Of a stretch of DNA of 64,000 bases, positions 56,174-64,000 are shown one piece after another. A model generated the notes under the pieces. It was given only the letters and a program-made list of their open reading frames with translations, did not search any database and had not been told where the DNA came from. The stretch covers positions 401,701-465,700 of the forward strand of contig CP129472.1 in the NCBI GenBank assembly GCA_030583725.1, in the 5' to 3' direction. The translations under genes were made by a program, and so were the position numbers. The stretch's first letter is position 1. Each line of letters opens with the position of its first letter. The stretch comes from a bacterium (GTDB lineage Bacteria > Patescibacteriota > Microgenomatia > UBA8517).

Positions 56174-56425
56174 ATGGAAAGAGAACCTGGTTATCAAGTT
56201 ATTGTTTACACTAGAATACTACCAGACGGTTTTAAAGGTCCAACGTTTCTCAGAAAAATAATGAGTTATCTCTCCGAAGGTAAGAATGAAAGCATTGGTA
56301 ACTCTTGGCCAGGTATGGATATTGAGGAGGCAAAAAGATTAGCAGGTACACGAACTATATCGTCGTATACAGATGGTAGGGGTCAATTAAGATCTTCAAA
56401 GGGTGTTGTCGTGAGAGTAAGTTAA
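56174..56425 (+). CDS. small hypothetical ORF on the opposite strand between tuf and fusA
   Basis: 83 aa with no obvious SD and no motif. It occupies an unusually long (412 nt) tuf-fusA spacer. Confidence 0.2.
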   Translation: MEREPGYQVIVYTRILPDGFKGPTFLRKIMSYLSEGKNESIGNSWPGMDIEEAKRLAGTRTISSYTDGRGQLRSSKGVVVRVS

Positions 56426-56436
56426 ATAAATTTTTT

Positions 56437-58605
56437 TTATCCTCTTGCCATTTCGACTTTTCCAGCTTTTTCTACAATCTGTGCGGCAATATGAGATGGA
56501 ACCTCTTCATAGTGTGATGGTTCTACGAAAGCTCTAGCTCTACCTTGTGTTAGAGACCTTAACTTTGTTGCATAACCTGAAAGTTCAGCTAGTGGTGCGG
56601 TTGCATAAACAACTGTTTCTCCCATTTTCTCTTCTGTTCCTGAAATTTGTGCTCTTTTACTTGAAAGGTCTCCCATAACATCACCCATATATTCTGCAGG
56701 GGTAAAGACCTCAACCTTCATAATTGGCTCAAGTAGGCACATATCAGCTTTCTTTATTGCATCTTCAACAGCTAAAGATCCCGCAATCTTAAATGACATT
56801 TCTGACGAATCGATATCGTGGAAAGTTCCATCATAGACAACTGCCTTGATATCAACCATTGGATAGCCTGCCATAATTCCGTTTTCAAGTTTTTCTTTAA
56901 CACCCTTTTCAATTGCAGGAATATATTCTTGTGGAATTGCACCACCTTTAATTTCTGACTTAAATTCAAAACCTTCACCTCTGCCTCTAGGCTCAACTTT
57001 AATGAAACAGTGACCATACTGACCACGACCACCAGTTTGTCTAATATACTTACCCTCACCATCACCATTTCTCTTAATTGTTTCTTTATAAGCAACTTGT
57101 GGCGCTCCAGTTGTGGCTATGACGTTAAACTCTCTTTTCATCCTATCTACCAATACCTCAAGTTGAAGTTCACCCATACCTGCAATGATAGTTTGACCTG
57201 TTTCAGGATTACTCTTAATTCTAAACGTTGGATCCTCGTCTGAAAGTTTGTTTAATGCCAAACCCATTTTTTCTTGATCTGATTTTGTAGCAGGTTCAAT
57301 TGCAAGTGAAATGACAGGTTCCGGAAAAGTAATTGACTCCAAATGAATAGGGTGTGCAGGGTCACAAATAGTATGTCCCGTAGTTGTATCCTTAATACCA
57401 ACAACAGCAACAATTTCTCCCGCATATGCTTCTTCAATTAATTCTCTCTGATCTGCATGAAGTAAAACCAATTTTCCAATTCTTTCACTAATTTGCTTAT
57501 TTGCGTTATATACTGTTTGACCCGTCTTTAAGACCCCTGAATAGACTCTAACATAGACTAAACGACCGACATGGGGGTCAGTCACTACTTTAAAGGCAAT
57601 GCCTGAAAATGGTTGGTCATTTCTTCTCTCTCGTGTTTCAACTTCTCCTGTTTTTGCGTTTGTTCCTTCAATTGCTGGAATATCGATAGGAGATGGCAAG
57701 TATTCAACAACACCATCAAGTAAAAGTTGTGATTCTGCTGATCTATTGTCACCCCCAAATACTGGGAAGAATTTACCAGCTATAACACCTTTTCTGATTG
57801 CTCTTTTAATCTCTAGCTCTGTTGGCTCTTGACCTTCTAAGTATTTTGCCAATGCCTCGTCGTCAAATTCAGAAACACTTTCAATCAACTCTTGTCTGTA
57901 CTTCTTGGCAGTTTCTAAAAGATCTGCAGGAATTTCTTCTTCTGTCAATTTTGGATCTTCTATAGCTTTATAAGTTAAAGCCTTCATTTTAACTAAATCA
58001 ATTACGCCTCGATGAGCGTGTTCTTGACCAATTGGATAGGTAACAGGTGAAGCATTGGCCTTTAATCTTTCACGAATAGATTTAATTGAACCATCAAAAT
58101 CAGCTCCAATTAGATTAAGTTTGTTTAAAACACAAATTCTTGGAACATTATATTTGTCTGCTTGTCTCCAAACAGTTTCAGACTGAGATTCTACTCCCGT
58201 TCTTCCATCAAAGACCATTAAAGCACCATCTAATACCCTTAAGGATCTCTCAACTTCTGCTGTAAAATCAATATGACCCGGGGTATCAATCAAATTTATT
58301 CTGTAGTGACCCTTTTCAACTGAAGAATCTTCCTTTAAATCCCAAAAGGCTGTGATTGCCGCAGAAACAATAGTAATTCCTCTTTCCCTTTCTTGTGCCA
58401 TCCAGTCAGTAACTGTTGTTCCGTCATCAACCGAACCTTGTTTGTAAGTCCTACCTGTCTCAAAAAGAAGTCTTTCTGTAGTTGTTGTCTTACCAGCATC
58501 AATGTGGGCAATTATTCCTAAGTTTCTAATTTTATCCAATGAAACATTACGGTCTTTGGTAGCCGTCATAACCATTGCTGACTTTTTTGCTTTTTCCTCT
58601 GCCAT
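56437..58605 (-). CDS. fusA: elongation factor G
   Basis: AHIDAGKTTTTE, DTPGHIDF, NKLNLIGA and domains I-V. 722 aa. Confidence 0.95.
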   Translation of the reverse strand: MAEEKAKKSAMVMTATKDRNVSLDKIRNLGIIAHIDAGKTTTTERLLFETGRTYKQGSVDDGTTVTDWMAQERERGITIVSAAITAFWDLKEDSSVEKGHYRINLIDTPGHIDFTAEVERSLRVLDGALMVFDGRTGVESQSETVWRQADKYNVPRICVLNKLNLIGADFDGSIKSIRERLKANASPVTYPIGQEHAHRGVIDLVKMKALTYKAIEDPKLTEEEIPADLLETAKKYRQELIESVSEFDDEALAKYLEGQEPTELEIKRAIRKGVIAGKFFPVFGGDNRSAESQLLLDGVVEYLPSPIDIPAIEGTNAKTGEVETRERRNDQPFSGIAFKVVTDPHVGRLVYVRVYSGVLKTGQTVYNANKQISERIGKLVLLHADQRELIEEAYAGEIVAVVGIKDTTTGHTICDPAHPIHLESITFPEPVISLAIEPATKSDQEKMGLALNKLSDEDPTFRIKSNPETGQTIIAGMGELQLEVLVDRMKREFNVIATTGAPQVAYKETIKRNGDGEGKYIRQTGGRGQYGHCFIKVEPRGRGEGFEFKSEIKGGAIPQEYIPAIEKGVKEKLENGIMAGYPMVDIKAVVYDGTFHDIDSSEMSFKIAGSLAVEDAIKKADMCLLEPIMKVEVFTPAEYMGDVMGDLSSKRAQISGTEEKMGETVVYATAPLAELSGYATKLRSLTQGRARAFVEPSHYEEVPSHIAAQIVEKAGKVEMARG

Positions 58606-58678
58606 ATTTCTATATTAACAAACTAAAAACTCCACATTAAAGGAGCAAGAGTGATTGTAACAGGAGTGGATTAAATCT

Positions 58679-58930
58679 TCAACCTTCTTTACTTCGATTA
58701 AATTTTAATCTCGCTATAATTCCGACTTCTCCATGTAAAAAAGTCCATGTTGATGGATCAACCCAAGTCCTTTCGACCGAAGAACCCGCCCCAACTGATG
58801 CCCCAACTTCGAGGTCTTTCTTTTTAATATCATTATAGTCTGACAGTTCACTAACAGATTGAGCTCCTTTTGGAACATATGTCTTTTTACGATCTGATGT
58901 TGATCTTGATGTAGTAAACGATATAGGCAT
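58679..58930 (-). CDS. small hypothetical ORF between rpsG and fusA
   Basis: 83 aa, Ser/Thr-rich and co-directional with the operon. Coding status uncertain. Confidence 0.2.
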   Translation of the reverse strand: MPISFTTSRSTSDRKKTYVPKGAQSVSELSDYNDIKKKDLEVGASVGAGSSVERTWVDPSTWTFLHGEVGIIARLKFNRSKEG

Positions 58931-59035
58931 AATGAAGCGATATTACTCTCTCTTCGGTTAAAATTCAATCAGTAAACCTTTTTTCTCCACCCTCTAAAAT
59001 TTGATTTCAGTTTATGTAGTGAATTCAATTAAAAT

Positions 59036-59082
59036 GTTTGCATCTGTTTGACGAGGGCTTGTCCCGAAGGAGTCATGCAAAC
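59036..59082 (-). other. stable stem-loop downstream of rpsG
   Basis: GTTTGCATCTGTTTGACGAGGGCTTGTCCCGAAGGAGTCATGCAAAC. The outer GTTTGCAT/ATGCAAAC and inner GGGCTTGTCCC pairings surround a UUCG-type loop. No U-run follows. Confidence 0.3.
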
Positions 59083-59118
59083 AAAAATGATATGAAGAAA
59101 AGGTCGAAAATACGACTT

Positions 59119-59598
59119 CTACCATTTAAAATGTGAGAAAGCACGATTCGCATCAGCCTGTTTTTCCATTTCTTGTCTCTTTCTTACTGCTCCGCCTTCA
59201 CCTTTTGCAGCGTCCATTAGTTCTTGAGCAAGTTTCTCACCATAGGTATGAAATTCTGAATTTGATTTTGCCCTCGTTGCGTTGACAAGCCATCTAATAG
59301 CCAATGATTCTTTTCTCTCACCCCTAACTTGCATTGGAACTTGATATGCGGCTCCACCAACTCTTTTGGCTCTAACTTCCATTTCTGGTTGGATGTTCTC
59401 AATTGCTTTATCGAATACTGTTACGGGATTTTCTTTTGTTTTTTGTTCAATTAAAGTAAGAGCTCTATAAACTTCTTTTTGAGCAACTGATTTTTTGCCA
59501 TCATACATACTCCTGTTTATAAGTTTTGCAATTAACCTACTTCCATAAACAAGATCTACTTCAACTAATCTTTTTCTTGCTGGTCCTTTTCTTGGCAT
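59119..59598 (-). CDS. rpsG: 30S ribosomal protein S7
   Basis: MPRKGPARKRLVEVDLVYGSRLIAKLIN is the S7 N-terminus. The ORF-track extension to 59703 overlaps rpsL and is spurious. Confidence 0.85.
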   Translation of the reverse strand: MPRKGPARKRLVEVDLVYGSRLIAKLINRSMYDGKKSVAQKEVYRALTLIEQKTKENPVTVFDKAIENIQPEMEVRAKRVGGAAYQVPMQVRGERKESLAIRWLVNATRAKSNSEFHTYGEKLAQELMDAAKGEGGAVRKRQEMEKQADANRAFSHFKW

Positions 59599-59623
59599 AT
59601 TTTTGTCCGAAATAAGCTTCCGC

Positions 59624-60046
59624 TTACTTAGCTCCTCCCTGATTTTTCTTAGCCCCATATCTACTTCTTGATGTTTGCCTACCAGATACTCCTGTTGTAT
59701 CAAGTTTTCCTCTAACTACTGTATATTTTACACCAGACAAATCTTTAACTTTTCCACCTCTAACCAAAACAACAGAATGCTCTGCCAATTCATGGCCTTC
59801 ACCTGGAATATAAACAGTAACCTCTTGTTTGTTTGAGAGTCTAACTCTAGCAACTTTACGAAGCGCTGAGTTTGGTTTTCTAGGTGTTTGAGTTCTAACT
59901 GTTAATACAACACCTCTTTTAAAGGGTGATGAATTTTCGCCAAACTCTCTATCTTTGGCGTTAAACCACTTTTTTAAAGAAGTTGTTTTAGACTTTTTCT
60001 TGTTTGATTTTCGACCGTATTTTACTAGTTGGTTTGCTGTAGGCAT
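59624..60046 (-). CDS. rpsL: 30S ribosomal protein S12
   Basis: [12 protein letters not shown]...[15 protein letters not shown]...[12 protein letters not shown]. Contains a roughly 20-aa insertion near the N-terminus. Confidence 0.9.
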   Translation of the reverse strand: MPTANQLVKYGRKSNKKKSKTTSLKKWFNAKDREFGENSSPFKRGVVLTVRTQTPRKPNSALRKVARVRLSNKQEVTVYIPGEGHELAEHSVVLVRGGKVKDLSGVKYTVVRGKLDTTGVSGRQTSRSRYGAKKNQGGAK

Positions 60047-60047
60047 A

Positions 60048-63000
60048 TTAATTTTTTATTAAGGCTTTTTCTGCAGTAACAGGAATTAATCTTCCAATAA
60101 TAACGTTCTCCTTCAAACCAAGTAGTTTGTCTTCTCTTGAGAGTAGTGAGCTTTCTGTTAACACATCTGTTGTCTGTTCAAACGATGCAGCAGATAGCCA
60201 GCTCTCAGTGTAAAGAGATCTTCTAGTTATACCTAATATAATTTGTTGAGCTGATGCTGGTTCTCCTCCTGCGGCTAAAGCTTTTTCATTCTCACTTTCG
60301 AATGTTGCTTTACTTGACAACTCACCTGGTAAGAAGGATGTGTCTCCTGCAGTTACAACCCTAACTTCATCACTCATTTTTCTTGCAATGACCTCAAAAT
60401 GTTTATCATTAATGCCAATACCCTGTGACTCATATACCTTTTGAAGCTCTGTCACTAAGTATTCTTGAGCTGATCTTAAACCACAAATCAACAACACGTC
60501 TTTAATATCAAGAGGTCCTTTAGCAAGTGCTTCACCAGCATCTATTGTCTGGCCATCTTCAACACTTATTTCCAAGGTTTTAGGTAATATATATTCCCTT
60601 TCCTCTTTAGATTTTCCTGTCGCAGAAATTACAACTTTTATACCCTCTTCGGTCTCAGAAACACTGACTTTTCCAGATATTTCAGCCATTGCAGAAACTA
60701 CTTTTGGAGTTCTTGCTTCAACCAGTTCCTCAACTCTTGGTAATCCTTGTGTAACGTCAACACCAACTGCACCGGCAGCATGTTTGGTTCTTAGTGTAAG
60801 TTGTGTACCAGGTTCACCGATTGACTGAGCAGCAATTACCCCAACAGGTGTACCCACTTCTACATCCTTTTTAGTAGAAAGGTCCCAACCGTAACACTTA
60901 ACACAAAGTCCGTGTCTTGCTGAGCAAGTCAAAGCTGACCTAACTATAACATCCTCAACCTCTTCTTTTTCAAATTTTAGAGCCAAGTCTTCACTAATTA
61001 AGTCTCCACTAACTCCCAAAACCTTACCTTTTTTGTCTTTTATATCATTAACTAAATATCTACCTGTAATCCTGTTTGTGAAGGCTTGCGGTCTATCTGA
61101 TTTTCTAATTGTTAAACCTTCAGTTGTTTCACAGTCAACCAACCTTACAATCAAATCGTGAGAGACATCTACCAAACGTCTTGTTAAGTACCCGGCGTCG
61201 GCTGTCTTGATTGCAGTGTCAGTCAAACCTTTTCTTGAACCCCTTGACGAAGTAACATATTCAAAGACAGACAATCCTTCTCTAAAGTTTGATTTAATTG
61301 GAAGTTCAACAATCTTTCCAAGTGGATCAACAACTAGACCCCTCATAGCTGATAATTGTTTGACCTGATCTCGGCTTGCACGACCAACCTTAGCATCAAT
61401 AACCACCCTAATTGGGTTTGTAGGCTCCATTAGATCCCAAGTTTTATCAGCCAACTCTTCGGATACTTCAAGCCAAACCTCCTGAATCATTCTTTTCTTT
61501 TCAGATAGTGTAATTAAACCTATATCAAAGTTGCTCTCAATTTCAGCGACTTTTGTTTCAGAAGCCTTAATAATTTTTGCCTTTTCAGGTAACAATACTG
61601 CGTCAAATATACCAAATGATAGACCTGAGATAGTACCTGCCGTAAAACCTAGTGACTTAACACTATCAATCATATTAACAACAGTTCCTGAGTCACACTT
61701 GGCATATGCAACGCTAAACAACTTCTTAATTACAGTGGATGTACAAGACTCGTTAACAAATTCAAAAACATCTGGCAATATTTCATTGAAAGTAATTCTA
61801 CCGACTGTTGTCTCGATTATTTTCCCATCAATGCGAACCTCAATTGGCTGTCTTAATTCAATTAAATAACTCTGATGAGCTTGTAAAGCTTCGCTCTTAT
61901 CTGAAAAAATAGTTGTGTACTTTTTAAGACTTGGGTCGATTGACGTCAAATAATAGACACCCAATGCCATTTCTTTAGACGCTGGCGTTGAAACTGGTGA
62001 ACCATCGGCAGGTCTTAATAAGTTATGCTCTGGTAACATCAAAGTTTTTGCCTCTTCAATTGCTTGTTTTGATAGTGGTACGTGAACTGCCATTTGATCT
62101 CCATCAAAATCTGCATTAAAACCTGAACAAACAGCAGGATGAAGTCTAATTGCGCTACCCTCAATCAAAATTGGATAAAAAGCTTGGATAGATAGTTTAT
62201 GCAAAGTTGGCGCACGATTTAACAATACTGGATGATCTTTTGTAATTTCTTCCAATATGTCAAAAACTTCAGGTGGCCTTCTATCAAGCATGTTTTTAGC
62301 AGATTTTACATTTGGGGCAATTCCTCTTGTAATCATCTCTCGAAGAACAAATGGCTTAAACATTTCCAAAGCCATTTCTTTTGGTAAACCACATTGATTT
62401 AATTTAAGATCAGGTCCTACTATAATTACACTTCTACCTGAATAATCAACTCTTTTACCAAGCAGATTCTGTCTAAACCTACCCTGTTTTCCTTTAAGTA
62501 AATCACTTAAAGATCTTAAAGGTTGTCTTCCTCTTGCCCTCCTGGTTGCTTTTCTTTGAGAAGAATCTAATAATGAATCTAGGGACTCTTGCAACATTCT
62601 TTTCTCATTTCTTAAAATAATTTCAGGAGCGCCAAGACCTATTAAGTGCTTAAGTCTATTGTTTCTATTAATTACTCTTCTATATAAGTCGTTCAAGTCA
62701 GATGTTGCAAACCTACCACCTGACAACTGCACCATTGGCCTTAAATCTGGTGGCAAGACAGGCAAAACTTTCATAACCATCCAAGTTGGATCAATCTTTG
62801 ATTTTTTCAATCCTTCTATTAATTTAAGTCTTTTAACTGCTTTTATATACTTTGCACTTGTTGTTTTTGTTTCACTTAGTTCCTTTTTCAACTCTTCAGA
62901 TATTTTTTCAAGATTTACTTCAGCCAACACAGAAAGAACTGCCTCAGCACCCATTTTAGCCTCAAAGAAGTCAGCTGCACCAAAAGTGTAAAGTTCATCG

Positions 63001-63776
63001 TACTCCTCTTCTGAAAGAATACTTAAAAGTTTAAGGCCTCTGACCAAACTTATTAGATTTTCAAACAATCTTGAGTTTCTGCTCAGGTTTGCTTTTTCAT
63101 CTTCTGAAATAGCAGTTTCCTTTTTTCTTTGATCAAGTTCAATTTCATTTAATGCTAGGGCAAGTTGCTCCTTGTCTTTAATTTTTCCTTCAATCTTTTC
63201 CTTTGCCTTTTTAGCTTCTTCTGCTAAAAGACTCTTTTTATCCTTAAAGGAAGTTATAATTTCATTTTCACTCTCGACTAAAGCAGTCTCCAGTACTTTG
63301 ATTGCTGTCTTTTTCTTGTCTTCGTCCACATTCAAGACCAAGTATCGTGCAAAATAAATGACCTGTTCAATTGCTCTTGGTGCAACACCTAGAATCATTG
63401 ATATTTTTGAAGGTGCTCCTTTAAAGAACCAGATATGGGCTACTGGGCAAGCTAGGTTGATATGTCCCATTCTTTCGCGTCTTACTCTTGATTGTGTAAC
63501 CTCTACACCACACTTGTCACAGATTACCCCTTTATATCTAATTCTTTTATACTTACCACAATAACACTCCCAATCCTTTGAAGGTCCAAAGATTTTTTCA
63601 TCAAAAAGGCCGTCCTTTTCAGACTTTAAAGTTCTGTAATTTATAGTTTCAGGCTTTGTTACCTCACCGCGACTCCATTTTCTTATATCGTCTGGGGACG
63701 CGAGCCTAATTACTAATGAACCAAAGTCTTCTAAGTTCTTTAAATCAAACAATGTGTCTAGTGTATTAGTTAACAT
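60048..63776 (-). CDS. rpoC: DNA-directed RNA polymerase subunit beta'
   Basis: Zn-finger [23 protein letters not shown], catalytic [12 protein letters not shown], trigger loop and bridge helix blocks. 1242 aa. Confidence 0.95.
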   Translation of the reverse strand: MLTNTLDTLFDLKNLEDFGSLVIRLASPDDIRKWSRGEVTKPETINYRTLKSEKDGLFDEKIFGPSKDWECYCGKYKRIRYKGVICDKCGVEVTQSRVRRERMGHINLACPVAHIWFFKGAPSKISMILGVAPRAIEQVIYFARYLVLNVDEDKKKTAIKVLETALVESENEIITSFKDKKSLLAEEAKKAKEKIEGKIKDKEQLALALNEIELDQRKKETAISEDEKANLSRNSRLFENLISLVRGLKLLSILSEEEYDELYTFGAADFFEAKMGAEAVLSVLAEVNLEKISEELKKELSETKTTSAKYIKAVKRLKLIEGLKKSKIDPTWMVMKVLPVLPPDLRPMVQLSGGRFATSDLNDLYRRVINRNNRLKHLIGLGAPEIILRNEKRMLQESLDSLLDSSQRKATRRARGRQPLRSLSDLLKGKQGRFRQNLLGKRVDYSGRSVIIVGPDLKLNQCGLPKEMALEMFKPFVLREMITRGIAPNVKSAKNMLDRRPPEVFDILEEITKDHPVLLNRAPTLHKLSIQAFYPILIEGSAIRLHPAVCSGFNADFDGDQMAVHVPLSKQAIEEAKTLMLPEHNLLRPADGSPVSTPASKEMALGVYYLTSIDPSLKKYTTIFSDKSEALQAHQSYLIELRQPIEVRIDGKIIETTVGRITFNEILPDVFEFVNESCTSTVIKKLFSVAYAKCDSGTVVNMIDSVKSLGFTAGTISGLSFGIFDAVLLPEKAKIIKASETKVAEIESNFDIGLITLSEKKRMIQEVWLEVSEELADKTWDLMEPTNPIRVVIDAKVGRASRDQVKQLSAMRGLVVDPLGKIVELPIKSNFREGLSVFEYVTSSRGSRKGLTDTAIKTADAGYLTRRLVDVSHDLIVRLVDCETTEGLTIRKSDRPQAFTNRITGRYLVNDIKDKKGKVLGVSGDLISEDLALKFEKEEVEDVIVRSALTCSARHGLCVKCYGWDLSTKKDVEVGTPVGVIAAQSIGEPGTQLTLRTKHAAGAVGVDVTQGLPRVEELVEARTPKVVSAMAEISGKVSVSETEEGIKVVISATGKSKEEREYILPKTLEISVEDGQTIDAGEALAKGPLDIKDVLLICGLRSAQEYLVTELQKVYESQGIGINDKHFEVIARKMSDEVRVVTAGDTSFLPGELSSKATFESENEKALAAGGEPASAQQIILGITRRSLYTESWLSAASFEQTTDVLTESSLLSREDKLLGLKENVIIGRLIPVTAEKALIKN

Positions 63777-64000
63777 TTTCTACCTCCATATTTCCTTTTG
63801 GATCCAAAAGTTCTTCTGTGGCTACTGCTTCAGCACCTAGGGCTTGTGCAAATTCTTTGCCCTGCTTTGTATCTTCTTCAATTTTGGTATCTGAGAGTAT
63901 AACACCCTTTGGTAAAATATTTAAGCCCAAGGCATTAAGTTCACGAACAAGAACCTTAAAGGATTCTGGTATTGTAGATTCTGGAATTTCAGTTCCCTTA
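63767..64000 (-). CDS. rpoB: DNA-directed RNA polymerase subunit beta, 3' end (partial, continues beyond window)
   Basis: The minus-strand frame is open to the window edge and ends ...[23 protein letters not shown] with a TAA overlapping rpoC codons 3-4. Position and context match rpoB. Confidence 0.6.

Noticed and set aside
59599-59703. N-terminal extension of rpsG overlapping rpsL
   Set aside because: The canonical S7 N-terminus MPRKGPARKR begins at 59598.
1-64000. tRNA, tmRNA and rRNA genes
   Set aside because: Scanned intergenic regions for T-loop-like GTTCRANYC and acceptor/CCA patterns. Nothing convincing by eye, and a covariance-model scan would be needed to be sure.

Overview
AT-rich bacterial window, almost certainly a streamlined Patescibacteria/CPR-type genome. 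The lineage call rests on several signals. There is no L30 gene between rpsE and rplO, S14 is the zinc-ribbon type Z, AspRS is the short form without the GAD insertion, RNase P RNA is reduced, and many small membrane and hypothetical proteins are present. The 5' third (1-33 kb) carries housekeeping genes on both strands. These include an HD hydrolase, MltG, Dus, a DEAD-box helicase, GluRS, a PBP5-like DacA, AspRS, RecJ, the CCA enzyme, SecDF, Nth, Dtd, rnpB, MiaA, HU, RNase Y, RecA/RecX and a MacAB-like ABC efflux triplet. From about 33 kb to the window end, everything conserved is on the minus strand. This is the classical str, S10, spc and alpha ribosomal superoperon, running rpoB' through rpoC, rpsL, rpsG, fusA, tuf, rpsJ, rplC to rplD, secY, adk, map, infA, rpmJ, rpsM, rpsK, rpsD, rpoA, rplQ, rplM and rpsI. 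The most unusual thing I can see is a roughly 6 kb mosaic island (48.4-54.5 kb) wedged between rpsJ and rplC, which are adjacent and co-transcribed in essentially all bacteria. The island carries nucleotide-metabolism-type genes. These are a CYTH/triphosphate-tunnel protein, a P-loop kinase-like protein, a frameshifted nucleoside 2-deoxyribosyltransferase-like gene, a truncated Cof-type HAD phosphatase, a PyrE-like phosphoribosyltransferase and a Cys-less NrdH-like protein. It also holds two paralogous small-gene modules. A 45-bp element is duplicated, and its copy nearest rplC is a near-consensus TTGATA-N17-TATAAT promoter followed by a terminator-like leader hairpin, so the element now drives rplC and the genes downstream of it. 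An 83-bp perfect direct repeat marks recent rearrangement. Other notable points are an rnpB gene followed by four partial copies of its 3' end that run into the stop region of a convergent transporter gene, a G8 homopolymer separating two reading frames of one putative gene, and a 45-aa zinc-ribbon ORF missing from the ORF track.
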